DNA from: Ascoidea asiatica JCM 7603
Taxonomy: Eukaryota > Fungi > Ascomycota
Length of the DNA stretch: 64,000 bases
Direction: 5' to 3'
Assembly (NCBI GenBank): GCA_001600695.1
Contig: BCKQ01000003.1
Coordinates: forward strand, 1,618,526-1,682,525
The position numbers and the translations under genes were made by a program. The notes under the pieces were generated by a model. That model did not search any database, had not been told where the DNA came from, and was given only the letters and a program-made list of their open reading frames with translations. This document shows positions 36,520 through 48,321 of this stretch, in pieces. Numbering within the stretch: the stretch's first letter is position 1; each line of letters begins with the position of its first letter.

Positions 36520-38660
36520 TGCAAAAAGCCCACTTAAAGGATAATTTTTATCGAATCTGAATATAATATGGTGAATTCAAATCAGTGAAGATTTTAATGA
36601 AGTGAAAAGTGAAAATTGAAAATCAAACGATAATATGAAAAATATATTAATAATCACGTGATAATTCATATATATTAAGACATTTTTAAGCTACTGTTAT
36701 TTAAATTTTTAAATTATATTAAGTAAATCACGTTAATCCTTGTTTAAAAATTACAACTATCTATTAAGTTTAGGAATCAGTTCTTTATTTTTTATTCTAA
36801 ACCACAGACTTATTTTTATATTCAAGATTGAATAATTGATTGTGTTATTAGTTTTTTTTTTCTTTTTTATTTTCAAAATAAAAAAATTATCAATATTTAA
36901 TTGAACATAAATAATATGTAGTTCCACCGAGATATTGATATTTCTAAAAGGTGAGAATATCTCAACCCAAAGATTAAAACAAAAAAGATAATCAATGCAC
37001 TGAAAAACCATTTAATTGTTTTAGCAGAGATTTTACCCATCAGGAGTAGCAAAGGCTCAACGGCTAATTAACATAAGCATTTTGGTTAAATTGATAATTG
37101 ATTAATTAGAAAGATTAATTAATTATTTTATTGAATGATAAATTCAAATGGCTAATTTAACTGATAAATTAATCAGTTAAAACCAAATTAAGCTTTTTCG
37201 GTGAATTTAAAGGGCCCCAAAAATATCGGCTTCATTAGGCAGTTAGCTGTGGGTGGGTTTCTAAGGTGATAAGTAACCAGCGGCAACAAGTAAGTCCGTT
37301 TTTCGTTTAATAAATAAAAGCTCATTCACTCAGGAAATTCCCATATATTCAGGGGTTAAATGAGTGTTAATCTGTCCCTAATTTAAAGCTTTATTGCCCC
37401 AACACGAGTTGCCGTCTCGGGATCGTTCCTCTCGCAGATATTTCCCTTACGCGCGCTATTAAAGAGCTGGAATTGAGTGAGAACGGAAAAGCTTTTACTT
37501 TTTAGCTCGTATCTGTTAGTTCTTTTAGCTCCAGAGCGGCCCCGACGGCGGAAACGCTTGCACCCCAGGGGCTGTTCCGGATTGAGCCAGTGTTGTGGGT
37601 CCTTTCCCTGGGGTTTATGTTTGGCTTGGCTCGAATCTTACGGGCTCCTTGAGTTTCCAAATCTCTTCGGACGTCTCGTAATCAAGCTTTATTTATTTTC
37701 TGTTTCACGAGCATCCTTTTCTCTCCCCCCAAAAATATCTCGAAAATTCAGACTGATTGTAATTGAATATCGAATATCGAATATCGAATAACTAATGTCG
37801 AAAAATAAAAAATAGAAAGAAAGTATTGACTATTGCAATATCAAGAGTTTAATATCAAATATCCGTGCTTTAAGGCTTTTTTGTCTTTGATTTTGTGTTT
37901 GTGTTGTTGTTTTGACTGCCCCCAATTGTCTGTTCTGTTCTGAGGGATGGGGTTGGAGCACTAATGCTAGTTAAGACTTTGAGTGGTTTACAGTGCTTAT
38001 GGAAATAGTAACGTTATTTATTATTTATTATTTACTATTTATTATCAAATATCTCCTTTGGTGGTTGGTGATTCTCAAGCTCAGATTCGACTTTGTTGTG
38101 TGAGGGATTTTACCTTTAAACACTTCAACAGTGATGATAAAATACTTTTTACTTTGCTCTCTATCTCTTGAACTACAGTAGTAAAATAGTTGCTAGCATT
38201 ATCTAGATCAGTAATAAACTCCATCTCCCATGATTTATGATCATGAATTGGAAATTTTATTAAAAAAGAACTCTTTCTGAGTTCTATCTGAATTCAAATT
38301 AGAATTAGAATTAGTGAACTCCACTGTTAATAAACTCCTTGATTGATTCTTATTTCAGTTATTATTTCAGTTATCACAGAAAATAGTTTAAGATCTAATA
38401 AAGAAAAAAATCATGGATAACATTAATGTTTTTTTTTTCTATTTATCAATAAATTATTGTTCAAGCCAGTCATTTAGCCATTCCATTTTCTTTTGAATAA
38501 CAACAACTTTATTTAACTTTTATTAAGATCTAAAATAAATCATTTAGTATAAAAATATTTACATTTATTCACTTTTATTTTCATTTAATATTTCAATTTC
38601 AAATTTATTTATTTATTAGATTCAAAATATATATTTCAAATAAAATTTTATAACTAAAAG

Positions 38661-40604
38661 ATGAGTTATCAATTAAAAATTAATATAGAAAAAAATCCAT
38701 CAAGAGATTTTTTTACAACTTATGATTATATTAATGGTTTTATATCTTTAAATGTTAAAAAAGAAATAAATTTAAAATCAATTCAAGTTTTATTACAAGG
38801 TACTTCATATACAACTATTCTTGATAAAGTATCTTCTGTTCCAACTAGTGAAAATCATAATGTTTTATTATATACTTTAAATGTTTTCCCAAATTCAAAT
38901 TCAAATTCAAATTCAAATACAAACTCTAACTCAACTGATAAAAATCATTTTACTTTATCTCCAGGTTTTTATAATTTACCTTTTCAATTTCAATTTCCTT
39001 TAAAAAATAATATAGTTTCAAATAAAAAATCAATTAATGATACAAAAAAAATTGAATTAAAACATAAATCAAAATCAAAAAGAAAAAGTTGGTTACCAAA
39101 TTTATCTTCATCAGTTTCAAATATTTCAAATTTAATTAATTTAAATTCAAATATAAAACATTTAAATGAAAAACAAATTTTACCACCTTCAATAGAAATT
39201 CAATTTGAAGGTAATTCAATTGGTAATATAACTTATTCAATAAAAGCAATTGTAAATAAAATTGGAATCTTTTCTTCAATTAAACAAGATGAATATATTA
39301 AATTTATTGAATTTTTTCCAACAATGAATAGTCTTTCTGATAATATTCATAAACATATTATTACAAATAATACAAATTTTGATGACTATAATAAATTCAA
39401 TCATCCCAATGATATCCCAAATGATATCCCTAATAATATCCCTAATAATATCCCTAATAATATCCCTAATGATATCTCTGATAAAAATGATAATCATAGT
39501 TCAAACTCAAGTACAAGTACAAACTCTGATTTGAATTCAAATACACAATCAAACTCAAACTCAAACTCAAATTCAACTCTGAATTTAAGTTTAAGTACAA
39601 ATGGAAATAATAATAATATGATAGAAGATGATTATGAATTTAAACAATATTATATAAAAAGTGATTTAACAAATCCTTCAAAAGATGAAAATATTTATAA
39701 TTCATTAAATTTAGGTGTTGAAATTAGATTTAAATATCCAAAATTTGGTTATAATTTAATATCAAATTATAAATTACCTTTTGATTTATTTATAATATCA
39801 AATAAAGAATTTGAAAATCTGAATTTATATTTAAAATCTTTAAAAATTTCTTTAATTTCAAGAACAAAAGTTAGATCATATCCAAATTTAATAAATTTAG
39901 CAAGATTTATTGATATTATTGATAAAAATTTTGATAATATAAAATTAAATTTTAAAAGAAAAAATAATTCTTCTGGTGGTAATTTATATGAATTTAAAAT
40001 TCCTTCAAAAGTTTTAAAAAATTTAATTATACCAAGTGAATTAATTTCAAGTTTTAAAACTTGTAATTTAAAAAAATTTTATCAAATTAAAATTAATATT
40101 GAAATTTTAGATATTGATATTAATAATATTAATAAAAAATTAGAAAAAATAAGTTATAATAAATTTAAATTAATTTCAGAAATTGGAATGATTTCAACAA
40201 ATATATATTCAAATGAAATTAGAAATAATATCAAAAGTATTTCGAATGATTTAAATAAATTAATAAATCTTTATGAATCTGTTAATTCAAATTTAAAAAT
40301 TAATTCTCAAAATGATAATAAATTTGATATAAATAATTTAAAAATGAGAATAATTGAAGATAAAAAATTTGAAGAATCAAAATATGAAAAAAGTTATTAT
40401 GATTTAAGAAATAATATTATTAATAATCATAATAATTTAAATTATCTTGAAGATGAAGATTTAGAAGTTGAAAATTATTATCCTGATGATATGGAAAGTG
40501 TGAATAGTGAAGATTATAATAATGAATTAGAATTACAAAACAAATTGGAAAATATTGAAACTTTACCTAGATACGTTACAAATGAAGATCAACCATTATA
40601 TTAA
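38661..40604 (+). CDS. ART10: Alpha-arrestin (Art10-like)
   Basis: Arrestin-N strands (FTTYDYINGFISL...IQVLLQGTS...PGFYNLPFQFQFP...LPPS...ITYSIKAIV), SSFKTCNL, C-terminal LPRY PY-type motif. Confidence 0.7.
   Translation: MSYQLKINIEKNPSRDFFTTYDYINGFISLNVKKEINLKSIQVLLQGTSYTTILDKVSSVPTSENHNVLLYTLNVFPNSNSNSNSNTNSNSTDKNHFTLSPGFYNLPFQFQFPLKNNIVSNKKSINDTKKIELKHKSKSKRKSWLPNLSSSVSNISNLINLNSNIKHLNEKQILPPSIEIQFEGNSIGNITYSIKAIVNKIGIFSSIKQDEYIKFIEFFPTMNSLSDNIHKHIITNNTNFDDYNKFNHPNDIPNDIPNNIPNNIPNNIPNDISDKNDNHSSNSSTSTNSDLNSNTQSNSNSNSNSTLNLSLSTNGNNNNMIEDDYEFKQYYIKSDLTNPSKDENIYNSLNLGVEIRFKYPKFGYNLISNYKLPFDLFIISNKEFENLNLYLKSLKISLISRTKVRSYPNLINLARFIDIIDKNFDNIKLNFKRKNNSSGGNLYEFKIPSKVLKNLIIPSELISSFKTCNLKKFYQIKINIEILDIDINNINKKLEKISYNKFKLISEIGMISTNIYSNEIRNNIKSISNDLNKLINLYESVNSNLKINSQNDNKFDINNLKMRIIEDKKFEESKYEKSYYDLRNNIINNHNNLNYLEDEDLEVENYYPDDMESVNSEDYNNELELQNKLENIETLPRYVTNEDQPLY
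39403..39476 (+). repeat. 12-bp coding tandem repeat (PN[D/N]I)x6
   Basis: cc(c/a/t)aat(g/a)atat(c) units in ART10. Confidence 0.85.
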
Positions 40605-41170
40605 TTTTCTTTCTCCTGAAACTATTCTTTTCTAACTGCTGTTCAATTGTACTTTATTCAATATCTTTTTTTCTTCTTTTCTTTACCACATTTTCTCTCA
40701 CTATATCTAATTTGTTAATTCCTTTCTTCTAAGGAAGTTCTTATGTATTATATAAATGAATAAAAGCTCTTTAATAACAGCAGTACTTTATTTTATTCCT
40801 TCCTAATTTGGAAGTGCATATACGATTCATTCAAAAAGAAGCGCCGTTATCATGGTCTCTACCAGTGTTGCGGGCCAATCAACCACGAGGTCTTTTTTTC
40901 GCCACGCCCAGAAACAAACAGAAAACAGAAAACAGAAAACAACTTCAATTATTAATGAAGTGAGAGATAAAACAAGAAACTAGAAATAAAGGTGTATTTG
41001 ACTTTGATTATTATCAATTATCATATCATTCTTGTTTCTGATTCTTCAAAGTTCTCAAGCAATTTGGATTTCAAAATATGGAAAAGAAAGTGGAGTAGGT
41101 TCTCACTATCAGCTGGTTTCATTTGCTATATATATATAAACAAAATAATCAATCAATCAATCAATCAATC

Positions 41171-43372
41171 ATGTGGCTATCTTATAATTCCATAATCCTT
41201 CATATTACTTTCATATTATTTATATCTAAAGTATATTCATTTCCTGCTTCAATAGGTAATTCAAATACAAAATCTCGTAAGAATAATGATGATTTTGAAT
41301 TACCTGGTTCTTTAACTTTGAAGAACTTTAATTCAATAACTAGAGAAGGTTTACATTTCATAGAATTTTATTCTCCATATTGTAGTCATTGTAAAGATTT
41401 AGCTCCAATATGGAAAAAAACTTATAAAACTTTTTATTCAGATCCTGAATTTGATAGTTTAAATATTTTCATGCATCAAGTTAATTGTGTTGAAAATGGT
41501 GATTTATGTACTCAAGAAGTTATAAAATCTTATCCAAGTTTAAGATTATATGGTGGTAATGAATTTATAAAAAATTATCCAAAAGAATTTAATAGAAAAC
41601 AACAAGATTTTTTAACTTTCTTAAGAGATAGTTCTTTTGAATATAATAATTTACAAGATTTAAAATTACCAAGTAAATCTAAATTATTATCTTCTGATGA
41701 ACTTATACAAATAATTTATGGTAAAAAATCTGATAAAAATCCAATTTTAATATCTTTTTGGCCTTCAAATGATAATCAATTTAAAGAAAATAATTTTAAT
41801 TTAAAATTATGTCCAAATTGTAAAGAATTCAAAGGACTTTGGAATATGTTATCAAATCATTTAGATAAAACTATTCAAACTGGTCATTTTAATTGTTATT
41901 TAAATCCAAGAATTTGTAAACAATTAAATTTAGATAATTTATCATTAAAATCAAATTTAGAAAATATTCAACCAGAAATTTTAATGATTTTACCAAAGGA
42001 AAATTCAAAAAATAATATAATTAAATATAATAATAATAATGAAAAAAATAAAAAAAAAATTGTTGAATGGACAAAAAGATTAATTCAAAATGAAAAATTT
42101 GAATTAATTAATCCAACTCAATTATCAAAAAAAATGGATTTAGTTACAAAATTAAAAAAAAATCCAAAATCAAATTCATTATTAGATTTACCTTTTGATA
42201 AAAATAACAAAAATAAAATTTCATTTATTTATTATTATAATAATGATTATAATTTAGATAATCAAGATTATGAAATTTTAGATTCAATTATGGAAATTAT
42301 TATGGATTTACCAAATACTTATCTTTATAGATCAAATAATAGTGATTTTTTAAAATTACAAGAAGAACATGAAAAAAATTTATTAGATTTTATTCATTAT
42401 AATGAAAGTGAAAAAATTAAAGAGTTTAATAATGAAAGATTTAATAGTGAAAGTATAACTGGATTTCCAACTTTATTATGTTTTAAAGATAATTCATTAA
42501 TTAGTTCAAAATTAATTAATTTTAATAAACCAGATCTTTTAAATGATAAAATTTTAAAACCATTTATTTATAAAAATTCATTTGGATTAATTAATGAATT
42601 TAATAAAAATTTTTATAAAAAAATTCAAAATTTTAAAAATTTACCAAATTCAAATGGTGGAAAGGAATTAGATAAATTAGTTATATTATTTATTGATAGT
42701 AAAAAACAAAAAGAAGAAAAAATTACTTATTCAATGTTAAAATATTCAATGGCAGCTCATGATTTTGATTATAATAAAAAAGAGAAAATTTTTGAAAATT
42801 CAAATAAAAATAAAAAAAATCATAATAAATTAAAAGATAATAAGAAATATGGAGATGCAATTTTTTCATTTGTTGATTTATCAAATTTAGATAGTTATGA
42901 ACTTATAGAAAATTTAGGATATGATAAAGATTTAAAATCAGGAGAAAAATATAAAGAAGATGATGTAATAATTGTTGAAATTAATAGAAAAAATAAAAAT
43001 AAATATTATTATAAAAATAATTTTTTAAATGAGATTTTAATTAATGAACCATATAAATTAAGAAAAACTTTAATGGAAATTACATTTAATGAAAGCGATA
43101 ATAATAAAATAAATAAAATTTTAATTAATAGTCCATTTTCAGGAAAATTATTATTTATGAATATAATTCATGAATATGGATTTAAAGGATATATTATAAT
43201 GATTTTAATTTTATTTATTTTGATTAAAGGATTTAAAATATTTAAAAATTATTTAAGACATTATAAATATAAAAAATTAAATGGTAATAATAAAGGAAAT
43301 AATGGTGGTAGTTTATTACCAATAAGTTTAAATTTACAAAATGAAAGTAATGGAAATCGTAAACTTACATAA
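41171..43372 (+). CDS. EPS1: ER membrane PDI-family protein Eps1
   Basis: Signal peptide, thioredoxin FIEFYSPYCSHC, VNCVENGDLC, C-terminal TM. Convergent with BET1 as in S. cerevisiae. First ATG at 41171. Confidence 0.85.
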   Translation: MWLSYNSIILHITFILFISKVYSFPASIGNSNTKSRKNNDDFELPGSLTLKNFNSITREGLHFIEFYSPYCSHCKDLAPIWKKTYKTFYSDPEFDSLNIFMHQVNCVENGDLCTQEVIKSYPSLRLYGGNEFIKNYPKEFNRKQQDFLTFLRDSSFEYNNLQDLKLPSKSKLLSSDELIQIIYGKKSDKNPILISFWPSNDNQFKENNFNLKLCPNCKEFKGLWNMLSNHLDKTIQTGHFNCYLNPRICKQLNLDNLSLKSNLENIQPEILMILPKENSKNNIIKYNNNNEKNKKKIVEWTKRLIQNEKFELINPTQLSKKMDLVTKLKKNPKSNSLLDLPFDKNNKNKISFIYYYNNDYNLDNQDYEILDSIMEIIMDLPNTYLYRSNNSDFLKLQEEHEKNLLDFIHYNESEKIKEFNNERFNSESITGFPTLLCFKDNSLISSKLINFNKPDLLNDKILKPFIYKNSFGLINEFNKNFYKKIQNFKNLPNSNGGKELDKLVILFIDSKKQKEEKITYSMLKYSMAAHDFDYNKKEKIFENSNKNKKNHNKLKDNKKYGDAIFSFVDLSNLDSYELIENLGYDKDLKSGEKYKEDDVIIVEINRKNKNKYYYKNNFLNEILINEPYKLRKTLMEITFNESDNNKINKILINSPFSGKLLFMNIIHEYGFKGYIIMILILFILIKGFKIFKNYLRHYKYKKLNGNNKGNNGGSLLPISLNLQNESNGNRKLT

Positions 43373-43551
43373 TAAATAATATAATAATAATAAAATAAAT
43401 GATGAAAGATAAATGTACATTAAATGATTAAGATATGTAGAATTAGAAGTAGAAGTTGAAGTAGACAATGAAGAAAATTTTAGTTAAAAAATGAAGTGAA
43501 AAGAAGTGAAAGTTAAGTTAAGTTAAGTTAAGTTAAGTTTAATTATTTTTA

Positions 43552-44169
43552 TTAAAATATCCAAGAATAAAAAAAGAATAAGAATACAAAAGTGAAGAAA
43601 AATAACCAAATTTTCCAAGATATACCAGCTTTTTTACTCATTATTAACATATTATTAAAAGTTGATTTTAATCTCAGACTTGTTGAATTAAAAGTATTTT
43701 CTAAATCAGATAAATTTGTTGATTTAATTTCATCACCCATTTTTAAAGTTAATTTTTTTAAAGCTTTAACTTTTTCAGTCATCATGTTAACATTATTATC
43801 ATTTTGAGATTCTAAATTTGAAAAAATTGTATCATTATATGGATTTATTGAATTTTTACTAAATGTTGATTTTGAAAGTTTTGATATAAAAAAATTATTA
43901 TTATTATTATTATTATTATTATTTGAAGAACTATTTAAATCATCATAGGGTGAAGAAATTCTTGAATTTGATTGATATAAATCATTATTACTACCATATA
44001 TAGAAGTTGAATTATTATTATTATAAATTGAGGAATGATTATTATTTAAATTAGTACTATTATTACTATATATTGAAGATGGAGTTGTTATTCTTGAAGG
44101 AGGTAAATCTCCAAATAAAGCAGTTCTATCTCTTTGATAAGCTTGAGTTGAATATCTTCCTGAGCTCAT
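43552..44169 (-). CDS. BET1: ER-Golgi Qc-SNARE Bet1
   Basis: AYQRDRTALFG N-terminus, LESQND...KVKALKKLTLKMGDEI SNARE motif, C-terminal TM. Confidence 0.9.
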   Translation of the reverse strand: MSSGRYSTQAYQRDRTALFGDLPPSRITTPSSIYSNNSTNLNNNHSSIYNNNNSTSIYGSNNDLYQSNSRISSPYDDLNSSSNNNNNNNNNNFFISKLSKSTFSKNSINPYNDTIFSNLESQNDNNVNMMTEKVKALKKLTLKMGDEIKSTNLSDLENTFNSTSLRLKSTFNNMLIMSKKAGISWKIWLFFFTFVFLFFFYSWIF

Positions 44170-44579
44170 ATTTGAATAATTTTATATTTGTGTATTTATT
44201 GTATTTATTGAATATGTATTTGATTTTATATCTGTACTTTTGAATAAAGTTAAAAGGTCTATAGAACTAGAATATATTTAATGAGAACTGATAAAAGAAA
44301 TTAGATAAGATCTGTGCAAATAAATAGAGTAAATGAATTAATTAAGAAAGAAGATATGATATGATATGATATGAAATAAAATAAAAACAAATAAAGTAAG
44401 ATAGAATAAATAATTAAATACAATAAACAAATAAACATAAGTAAATCTGTGGTTTCAATTTATTCGTTTTCTGCTCCCGAGAATAAGCTGCTACTGTCAC
44501 TGTTACTGTTACGTAGTCGTCGTGTAAAAACGCTGTTAATGTTGGGCGGCAGTCGCGTGACCAGAAAAAAAAAGAATCA

Positions 44580-44745
44580 GAGACCAGAAAAGTGGGTCTT
44601 ATTAAATGAGACCAAAACATTGGGTCTTTTATAGTGAAACCATAAACACGGTTCCTTTAAACTGAGACCGGTTTAGTGTGTCTTTTATATTGAGACCAGA
44701 ATAACGGTTTTCCTGTTTTGAGACCAGAACATTGGGATATTTACT
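44580..44745. repeat. Phased array of six 28-bp units, each starting GAGACC (one GAAACC) with an internal dyad
   Basis: Unit starts at 44580, 44608, 44636, 44664, 44692 and 44720, an exact 28-bp period. Confidence 0.85.
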
Positions 44746-44893
44746 TTTATATTTCATTTATATTTTATTTATATATTTATATATTTATTATCTATTCTAT
44801 TCTATTCTATTTAGCTTATTGATTGAATACTTATTGATTAAATACTCATTGATTATAGACTTCTTTATATACTTATACTTACTTATTAATGGA

Positions 44894-45587
44894 TTAATCT
44901 TGAATGTTGTATTCTTCTTTAAGAGCAATGGAGAATCTTTCAATACCTTTGACTAATTCAGGCATTGGAACAGCAGCATAAGTACCTCTAAAGAAAATAA
45001 AATTATCTTTTTCACTATAATTATCAATAATATATTGTTGAGGAGGATTAGTATTACCCTTTGAAACAAACCAAGAACCTGGGATCATTAAACAACCTTT
45101 TTTTAAAGATTTTTGATAAATTGCATCTTCAACTTTTAAAGGATCATTATTAAATTCAGTTTTAAATAAAGGATGTTTTGAAGCATCAATTTTAAAAGTG
45201 AAAAACATACCTGCAATTGGTGGTGTAAATGAAACAATATTTAATGGTAAAAATTTATATAATGCATCAATTGTAATATTACGATTATTTGTATAAACTT
45301 TTCTAATACCAATTAACCAATCAATAAAACCATCTTGACCCCAACGTTGTAAAGTACCATTTATAATTGTTGAAGTAAAACCACATGGAGCTTGAGCAGA
45401 AACTTCTTGAATTCTAATAAATCTTTCTAATAATTTTTTTTGACCAGTTATCCAACCAAATCTTGTACCTGGAGCTAAAGTTTTTGAAGCTGAATCAAAT
45501 CTAATAACTCTACCATCTGTATCAAGAGATAAAAATGTTGGAATTAAAGAATTTATAAATTCTTTATGAGATAAATTTGAATTAGTT

Positions 45588-45618
<31 letters not shown>

Positions 45619-46459
45619 ATCTATTTCTTGAATATTTATCCATTTGTAAAAAATAATAAGGTTCATCTTCAATTAAAATTAAATCATGTTTTTGAATAAT
45701 TTTATAAATTTTTTTTCTTCTTTCTAATGGAATTGAAAAGCCAGTTGGATTTTGACCAGTTGGAATTAAATAAATTAATTTTGGTTTTAAAATTGTATTA
45801 TTAAAAGAATTCCAATTATTTAATAAATTTTCTAAATCTTCTGGAATTAAACCATTTGAATCCATTTTTATAGGAATTGTTGAAATTGATTGAGCATTTG
45901 CAGCTTCTAAAGCAGATGGAAAAGTATGTTCTTCAACTAAAATTGAATCACCTTTATTACAAAAATTTCTTAAAACATTATCCCAAGCTTGAGTTGCACC
46001 AGTATTTGCAATAATATCCCAATCTTTATATGGTATATTAAAATTATTTATAATTTCAGTATGTTTTTTTAAAAATGAAATTAATTCAGGTTGACCTTCA
46101 GTATAACCATATTGTAAAGCTCTTGATAATGGAATATCATTAATTAAATTATTTTGATTTTTATTATTAATATTATTATTAATTTTTTTATTAATTGTAA
46201 CATTATTAATATCTTTTAAATCATTTGATATATAACCTATACCATTTTTAAAAGGTGGTAATGGAGTTTGAATATTAATTTGATTAAATGGAAAATAATC
46301 AGATAATGGTAAACCACCACCTAAGAAAACTAAATCAGGTTCAGAAAAATATTTAAAAGCAGATTTTAATGGAGATTCATTTCTTCTTTTTGATTCTTCA
46401 GAAAGTAAATGATATAAATCTTTTGCATATGGTTTTCCAATTTCTTCAGATACTGTCAT
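44894..46459 (-). CDS. ARO8: Aromatic/aminoadipate aminotransferase I
   Basis: FLGGGLPLSDYFP, DIPLSRALQYG, IPTGQNPTG, IEDEPYYFLQM, FDSASKTLAPGTRFGW (PLP Lys), FFRGTYAAV. Confidence 0.93.
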
Positions 46460-47186
46460 TTTATTTTATTTTATTTTATTTTATTTTGTTTTGTTTATTT
46501 TATTTTTAAAGTTTTTTAAAGTTTTATATATATATATATATATATATGAGAAATATAGTTGATATAATATAATATAATGAGTAAATAAATTATTATTTTA
46601 TTATATTTAAATTGAAATATAATTGAAGAAATAATTACTAGTCTTTATATAGAGGGAAAAATGACTGAATTTAAGACAATTACAATTACAATTACAATTA
46701 CAATTTTAATTTTAATTTTAATTTCAATTTCAACTTCAATTTAAAATGAAAAGTGAAAAGAAATTGAATTAGGAAGGAAAGGCTTTTGAAAAAGTTAATT
46801 TGAAAACTTAAATAATTTTATGTTCTCAATAGCAGAGATAATTCGTATAATAAGTAAACTTGGATGATATAATACTAATATTAATGATAATAAAAGTGTA
46901 TTGATAACGTTGGTTGAATGAAATATTCAATAAATTTATTTCAAATAATGAAATATTTCAAATATTTCAAATATTTCAAGCATTTCAAGCATTGATTTTG
47001 TGATATTCAAACGAGAGACAAAAGAAAAAAGCACAGAAAGCAGAGGAGAGCACGGGTATTGTCGCTGGAAGTGGAATAAAGATAAAAGAAGAATATGTGC
47101 TCAAAGCTTAGAAGTATACCACAAAGTCAGCTTTTACACCTGTAAAAAGGAAATACTTTGACTGTAAGCGTGTTTGTTTTCATAAG

Positions 47187-47193
47187 TGACTCA
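47187..47193. promoter_or_regulatory. Gcn4 site TGACTCA in the ARO8/BNA2 divergent promoter
   Basis: Perfect AP-1/Gcn4 heptamer upstream of an amino-acid metabolism gene. Confidence 0.6.
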
Positions 47194-47349
47194 CTCAAAA
47201 ACAGAAATCTAAGGTTTCTACGGCTGAGCATGATTATTAATGGCTATTAATGGTTAAAGCTGGGTAAGGTGTCAATGCTCATAACGGGATTGCACGGCAT
47301 TAAACGCAAACTAAGCAAGACCCACTAGAGTAGTTTTTAGGTGTATAAC

Positions 47350-47577
47350 CACGTGGGTGGGTGTACCATTTTTGAGGATCTACCACTAGTGTGGGTGCAA
47401 TGCCAGATTGTTTCCGGGGCGATCTTTTTGTCCAGCGACCGTTTTTCCGCGCACACAAAACCGTCAAAAAACCAGTGTGGATCTGGTTCCGGGCGGCTGC
47501 TGCTTTTGGGTTTCGGCCCTCCTGCAGCTCGTATTTTCCTGCCCTGCGATTGGCTGGGCTGCGTCGGGTGTGCACCC
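47350..47577. promoter_or_regulatory. GC-rich island with Aft-type TGCACCC sites, E-box and CCAAT upstream of BNA2
   Basis: CACGTG 47350-47355, GGGTGTA 47359-47365, GGGTGCA 47393-47399, ATTGG near 47549, TGCACCC 47571-47577. Confidence 0.55.
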
Positions 47578-47847
47578 GCTGCGAGATGACCTGATTTGCC
47601 TGTTCCGGAAATTCGCGTCCTCCTTTTTTTATTTGTTTTTTTCACTTTTTCACTTTTTCATTCTTTCGTTTACTTTCAGTTTTTTGATTCACTGAATGAT
47701 GAGTTTGATTGTTTATTTCATTTCATATAAAAGTTACTTACTTACTTCATTCATTCATCACTTTTCTTAGATAATAATATCCAATCGCTACTTATTCTCT
47801 ATTCTCTATTCTCTATAAATCCATACTATCATTCAATCTATTATAAA

Positions 47848-48271
47848 ATGAATCTGGACTTTAAGATACCAAAATTGGAAGATTATGATATATCTCCAGA
47901 AACTGGTTTTGTACCAGATCATTATCCATTACAAAAATTACCACAATTATATTATAAACCATGGGAAGATTTAATTTCAAATTTACCTTCATTAATATTA
48001 TCAAAAAAAATAAGAAAAAAAATAGATTTAAATTTAAAAACTTTATCAATAAATAATTTAAAAAATTTATCTCAATATAGAAGAGCATATCAAATTTTAT
48101 CTTTTTTAACTCATGCTTATGTTTGGGCTTATAATGAATCTCCTGTTGAAATTTTACCACCTCAATTATCTTTACCTTTTATTCAAGTTTCAAATTATTT
48201 AAGATTACCTCCAGTTGCAACTTATTCTGCTTTATGTCTTTGGAATTTTAAATCAATAATATCTTTATCTG

Positions 48272-48321
<50 letters not shown>

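Noticed and set aside
37477-37791. 104-aa ORF or structured RNA (SRP, RNase P) in the GC-rich patch
   Set aside because: GTG start and no diagnostic ncRNA motifs; CTGGGG/AGGGG motifs fit an ART10 promoter.
44580-44745. CRISPR array or internal telomeric repeat
   Set aside because: Eukaryotic context, no cas genes, only 6-bp conserved cores; units are too heterogeneous for telomerase-templated repeats.
47300-47695. Five overlapping short ORFs in the GC-rich island
   Set aside because: Stop-poor by composition, mostly non-ATG starts, no recognisable domains; the region reads as a promoter.
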